DNA of 64,000 bases from Utricularia gibba (taxonomy: Eukaryota; Plantae; Magnoliophyta), in assembly GCA_002189035.1 (NCBI GenBank), contig NEEC01000023.1:248001-312000 (forward strand), read 5' to 3'. The notes below the pieces were generated by a model. That model searched no databases. It was not told the DNA's origin and saw only the letters and a list, made by a program, of their open reading frames with translations. The translations under genes and the position numbers were made by a program. This document shows positions 59,801-64,000 of the stretch, in pieces (positions within the stretch are counted from its first letter, which is position 1; each line of letters starts with the position of its first letter).

Positions 59801-62800
59801 ATGAACAGTGGGGTGAAAGGTGGTGCAACTAGGGTTTCGATTCCGAGCAGTGTCAAGAAGACGATCGAGGATATCAAGGAGATTACGAGCAAAAACCACA
59901 GTGAAGATGACATTTACGCAATGCTTAAGGAATGTGCAATGGATCCAAATGAAACTACACAGAGGCTTCTACTTCTAGGTCAATATTCTGTTCCTTTTTC
60001 TCACTGCTGACTGCAGGGACGTAATGCTTTTTTGATGATTCGTCTGGGTATTCGTGGATCTGTACTGGCCACAACATTATTTCATTCACTGTTGTATACC
60101 CGAGAGTGTTTTAGTTTTTTTTTTTTTTTTTTCCTAGAATAGGCAAAGAGTTGTTCTTCTCTTCTTCTGGAAGCTCTTTTCATTTGCTGTTTTAGGAGTT
60201 TTTACTTATAGGAATATGTTAGCAATTTTTTTTATCTTGTTGTGCAGACACATTTCATGAAGTCAAGCGGAGGCGTGATCGTAAAAAAGAGGTATGCGTC
60301 ACGTTTCCATTTCATCTTCGGTTATTTCTGGTTTTTTTAATACAAAAGTTAGGATCTTGGAGGATGGTAGGTCAATTCAAATACATTCGGAATACTTTTG
60401 TGCCCTTGGAATCCCTAGGATCCTTCATATTGATGGACGGGGTTTGACTGATGCAGTGCATCTATTTTTCTTTATGATTAAATTTTTACAAATGATAGTA
60501 GAGAATATTCTTTTTGTTGTTTCAGAATCAGACTAAAGAGCCAGAGGACCAGAAATGGAAGCCTGGTACTCAATCCCGGTCAAATAGGGTTGGACGTGGG
60601 AACTATATCAATCGACATGCATCTCAAGGTAACCCAAACTAATTACGTCCTGTGTGATTTCCTGAATTGAAGTATTTAGGTTATGATGCTTTGTAGTGCT
60701 TCATATTTATTTATGGCCCCCTTTCATTGTCATTTCTTACCTTCATCATGGCTTGCTTTTGTAAATGTTGTCAAACCTGCTCTAAGAATGAACGGTGTTC
60801 CAGGGAGTGAAAAAAGAAGCATCTTTACCTAGAAGCTCTAATTTTGAACTGTCATGACCACATCCGCTCTTTCATCCTTTTTCCTAAATACCAGATGCTG
60901 ATGGTGGAAGAAGTGAGTCTATCATCAAAGAGAATGCTCCCAGTTTTTCTGGTGAGACAGTCAATGCTAAGGTCTTTCGAGCTGCCTCACTAGAGATTAA
61001 AAAGAATGGGTCTTCTCCTAATGAAAGGTGCATTTACCGGTTTCAATTGTCACACCGGATTCACCATTTTGCACTTGCAACTGTGTGCTGTGTATTTTTC
61101 CATGAAAATTTGTTTCTCATGTTTTCAGCCAAACTGGTTCATTATCCAACGACCACCCTTCTGATAGGGCATCCCTTATAGTGGTTACTATGAATGAAAT
61201 ACTTACTCTTTCTGACGGAGAACTTCACCCTTGTGATGAAAATTCCTGCAGTGGAAAGCCAAATGAACCACTCCCAGCTTCATCTCTGGATGGCTCGTCC
61301 AATAATTCTGGCTCTTTGGATACAAAGAATACAACGGCAAATGAGCTGCTGCAGCTTGGAAATAGTGGGGATGAACTTTTTTCTTCTGCTTCAGGATCTT
61401 ATCTCTCATCTTCAGGCTCCCAAGATTCATCCACTGTTACTTTACAGTCTGAACAGGGAATAAAACATGCTACTTTGCAACTTCCAGATGATAATATGCC
61501 AGGGAGAAAATCAACACCCAGCAACACTTGTAAGCTAGTCGTACCTATTGCAAATACTTTCTCTTACTGGATTTAGGAAATGAATCACTGGACTGCTGTT
61601 TTTATCAGCTCCTACCAAGATTAAGATTTTCAAATTGCCGCATGAAATGCCTAACTATACACTTGGTATTGGAGAGTCTCGGCAATTAGAATCACTTCCT
61701 GCAGTTGGTAGACCATCTTCAAATTATAATGATCGGTCTCAAGTGATTGGCCAGCAAAAAGGTATGCATAGCATATCCAGGTGTTTTCTCTTGTGTAACA
61801 TATGGTTGACTTTTCTGTATTTCTTATCAAATTATATATTCATTTCTAATAACTTTCTGGGCACTGAGATATTTTTATTGCGTTGTTCAATGAAATACAA
61901 TTATAATCATTCATGAAATTGTATAGCTGCAATTTTCCCATTCGAAAGCATTGTTGTTTGATCTGAGTATGTGCTTGAAATATTAAATCTTGTTGTCTTT
62001 GAATGTATCCTTTCGAAGAGTGGAAGCCTAAGTCTTCTCACTCCAATACCGCTGTCAGTGCGGTGTCAGTTGAACCACAGCCAGAATTAAAAACAACCCC
62101 CAGCAATTGCTTCAGAAGACTCAACACTAGAATTGGAGAAAAAATTGAAGGATACAAACTTGTCAGAGAGAAAGCATGTGGTTATTCCTAATCATTTGCA
62201 AGTTCCAGAAGTTAAAAAGCTTGGGTTTTGCTTTGGAAGCTTTGATGCTGGCTTCGAGTTGCACATGAGTGAAGGCGTTGTCAAAGGAGATTTTGGTAAG
62301 ACGTCAGTGCTTTCACAGCCTTCAATTCCCAATGATGAGCCGCTGAAGGAGCTGACGTTCAGGTACCCATGGGATCCTTGCCTTGTGAAATACCACTGCT
62401 CTTATGTTGGATTGTTTCATGACCTTCTTTGATGCATATTTATTAATCTGAGGTTCATCGATCAGGAAATATGGTCATCTTAAGTTATGCTTTTCATTTA
62501 TTTTTATAACTGAGGATGTGCCTGTCACTACTTTCGATGTTACAGAAGTGAAAGCACGAAGCTAGAAGTTGAGGATACTGATAAAGAGTATTCTGATCAC
62601 CCAGAGACCACGGTCAAACCACCCTCAACCAACTTTGAACGGAACGAACCCTTATTGGAGGCAGCTCAAGAAAGCCACCAGCATGCATCGCATCATATTC
62701 CCTCAAGTTACAATATTGGGTTACCGCCAATTGTAAGCAGCCAAGTTTCACCTTTGGAAAGTTCGGAATCTCAAGCTCGTGATGCCACTCGTGTTCCAGG

Positions 62801-63861
62801 ATTTATTGTGAGTTTTCACTTACACCTAAACTGTTTAATTAAAAAAATTTTGGTATGCGCTACATAAGTTGCATGTTTTTGGTGTAATATTTTCTATTGA
62901 TGTTTGTCAAAATAGCCGGGCCATGATTAAACAGATACTTTGTTCTACGTACAGATGCAGCAACCTTTTGATCCAGCAAGCTATTATGCACAGTTTTATC
63001 GGTCTGGGCTTCTGGACAATGATGGACGAATTTCTCCCATTCTCCCTGCAGGAGCTGTGAACAATTATAATGGTAATAACACTGCTATCCCGTCACAGAC
63101 TTCTCAGACTCATCCAGAGGTAGTCTCCTTTTCTTTTTTAGTTGATTATGCACGATAGGATATCTGTATTTCCTTAAGGAATATCATGATAACTGCAACA
63201 ATGACATTCGGCTAGAACAGAGCCCTTTCCTGTTAGGTGCAGTCAACATAAAATCTCTTTGGTTAAATGACTACTATGCAAAGTCGGGTTATGTCATGTG
63301 GCTCTTTTTATTATTTGGCTGTGAAGTTCCCTTGATGCATATTACCCTGTTATTGGCCTTTGGAATGCATTTCAATCTGTTTAAATGATTCAGTTGCAGG
63401 GCAATGAACAGCTGGTGACCCAAGCTGCTGGTGTTATGCGTAGCTCAATACCTGCAACACAACAAAATCTACCCATTTTTCGACATCCATCTGGTGTTCA
63501 TCTTCCTCATTATCCTCCTAATTTTATACCATATGGTCCCTATTTTTCCCCATTTTATGTCCCGCCACCGGCAATTCATCAGTTCTTGGGCAATGGCATG
63601 TTTCCGCCACAGCCTCAGTCAGGAAGCTTGTATCCTTCTGCACCTGGAACGTCTTCCAAGTATTCTGTTGCACAGTTTAAGCAAGGATCAGTTACTGGAA
63701 ACTCAACTCAAGTTGGTCTTCCTGGAAGTTTTGGGACATATGGTCTTTCCATGGCAGGCTTTTCTTCAACTTCCCCATCACCAACTGTAACGTCAAGTTC
63801 TAGTGACAATGTTGCTGCACCTTATATCAAGGAGAACAATGCCTATATTGGTGTCCAACAG
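59801..63861 (+). CDS. GBF-interacting protein 1-like (DUF1296, UBA-like N-terminus), 3'-incomplete; one apparent frameshift
   Basis: RVSIPSSVKKTIEDIKEIT..HSEDDIYAMLKECAMDPNETTQRLLLLDTFHEVKRRRDRKKE, EWKPK, HVVIPNHLQVPE..GFCFGSFDA, QQPFDPASYYAQFYR, HYPPNFIPYGPYFSPFYVPP. The gene continues beyond the window. The frame breaks at 62097-62101. Confidence 0.88.
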
Positions 63862-64000
63862 GTTGGCTTACTTCCATGTGCTAATTATTCATTTAAAAAA
63901 GGATTGGTGGTTATCGATCTCCTCACCACATCTTGAAATTAAGCATTGCCAACAGCCCCTGTAGCAGGGAAAATGTGTAGTTGGGGGTTATCATCATTTT

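Overview
Gene-dense plant (eudicot) nuclear DNA with about 21 intact or near-intact spliced protein-coding genes in 64 kb, short introns and very short intergenic spacers. This pattern suggests a miniaturised genome such as Lentibulariaceae, but that is inference only. Gene order: AIR9-like (3' end), ERCC1, UBC7/13/14-type E2, RPS18, plastid TPR-like protein, GINT1-like GT64, OMP24-like, uncharacterised plastid protein, BAHD acyltransferase, PBL16-like RLCK, TRAPPC11, METTL21-like, a small secreted peptide, FIP-like Zn finger, RING-CH E3, an uncharacterised nuclear protein, DUF604 glycosyltransferase, NUP133, DnaJ-DUF3444, UGLYAH and GIP1-like (5' part). Four things stand out. (1) A near-identical 1.36-kb copy of the GIP1-like 5' end sits antisense inside an intron of another gene, bounded by an 11-bp direct repeat and next to a splice acceptor of a duplicated, frame-neutral exon. 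(2) An inverted, deletion-riddled pseudogene fragment of the DnaJ-DUF3444 gene lies 4 kb downstream of its parent. (3) There are at least nine apparent frameshifts, all at G/C homopolymer runs, most likely consensus sequencing errors. (4) One of these frameshifts hides a small secreted peptide gene. No tRNA, rRNA, CRISPR array or autonomous transposon was recognised. All gene models were built by eye and family names come from recalled sequence similarity, not from database searches.
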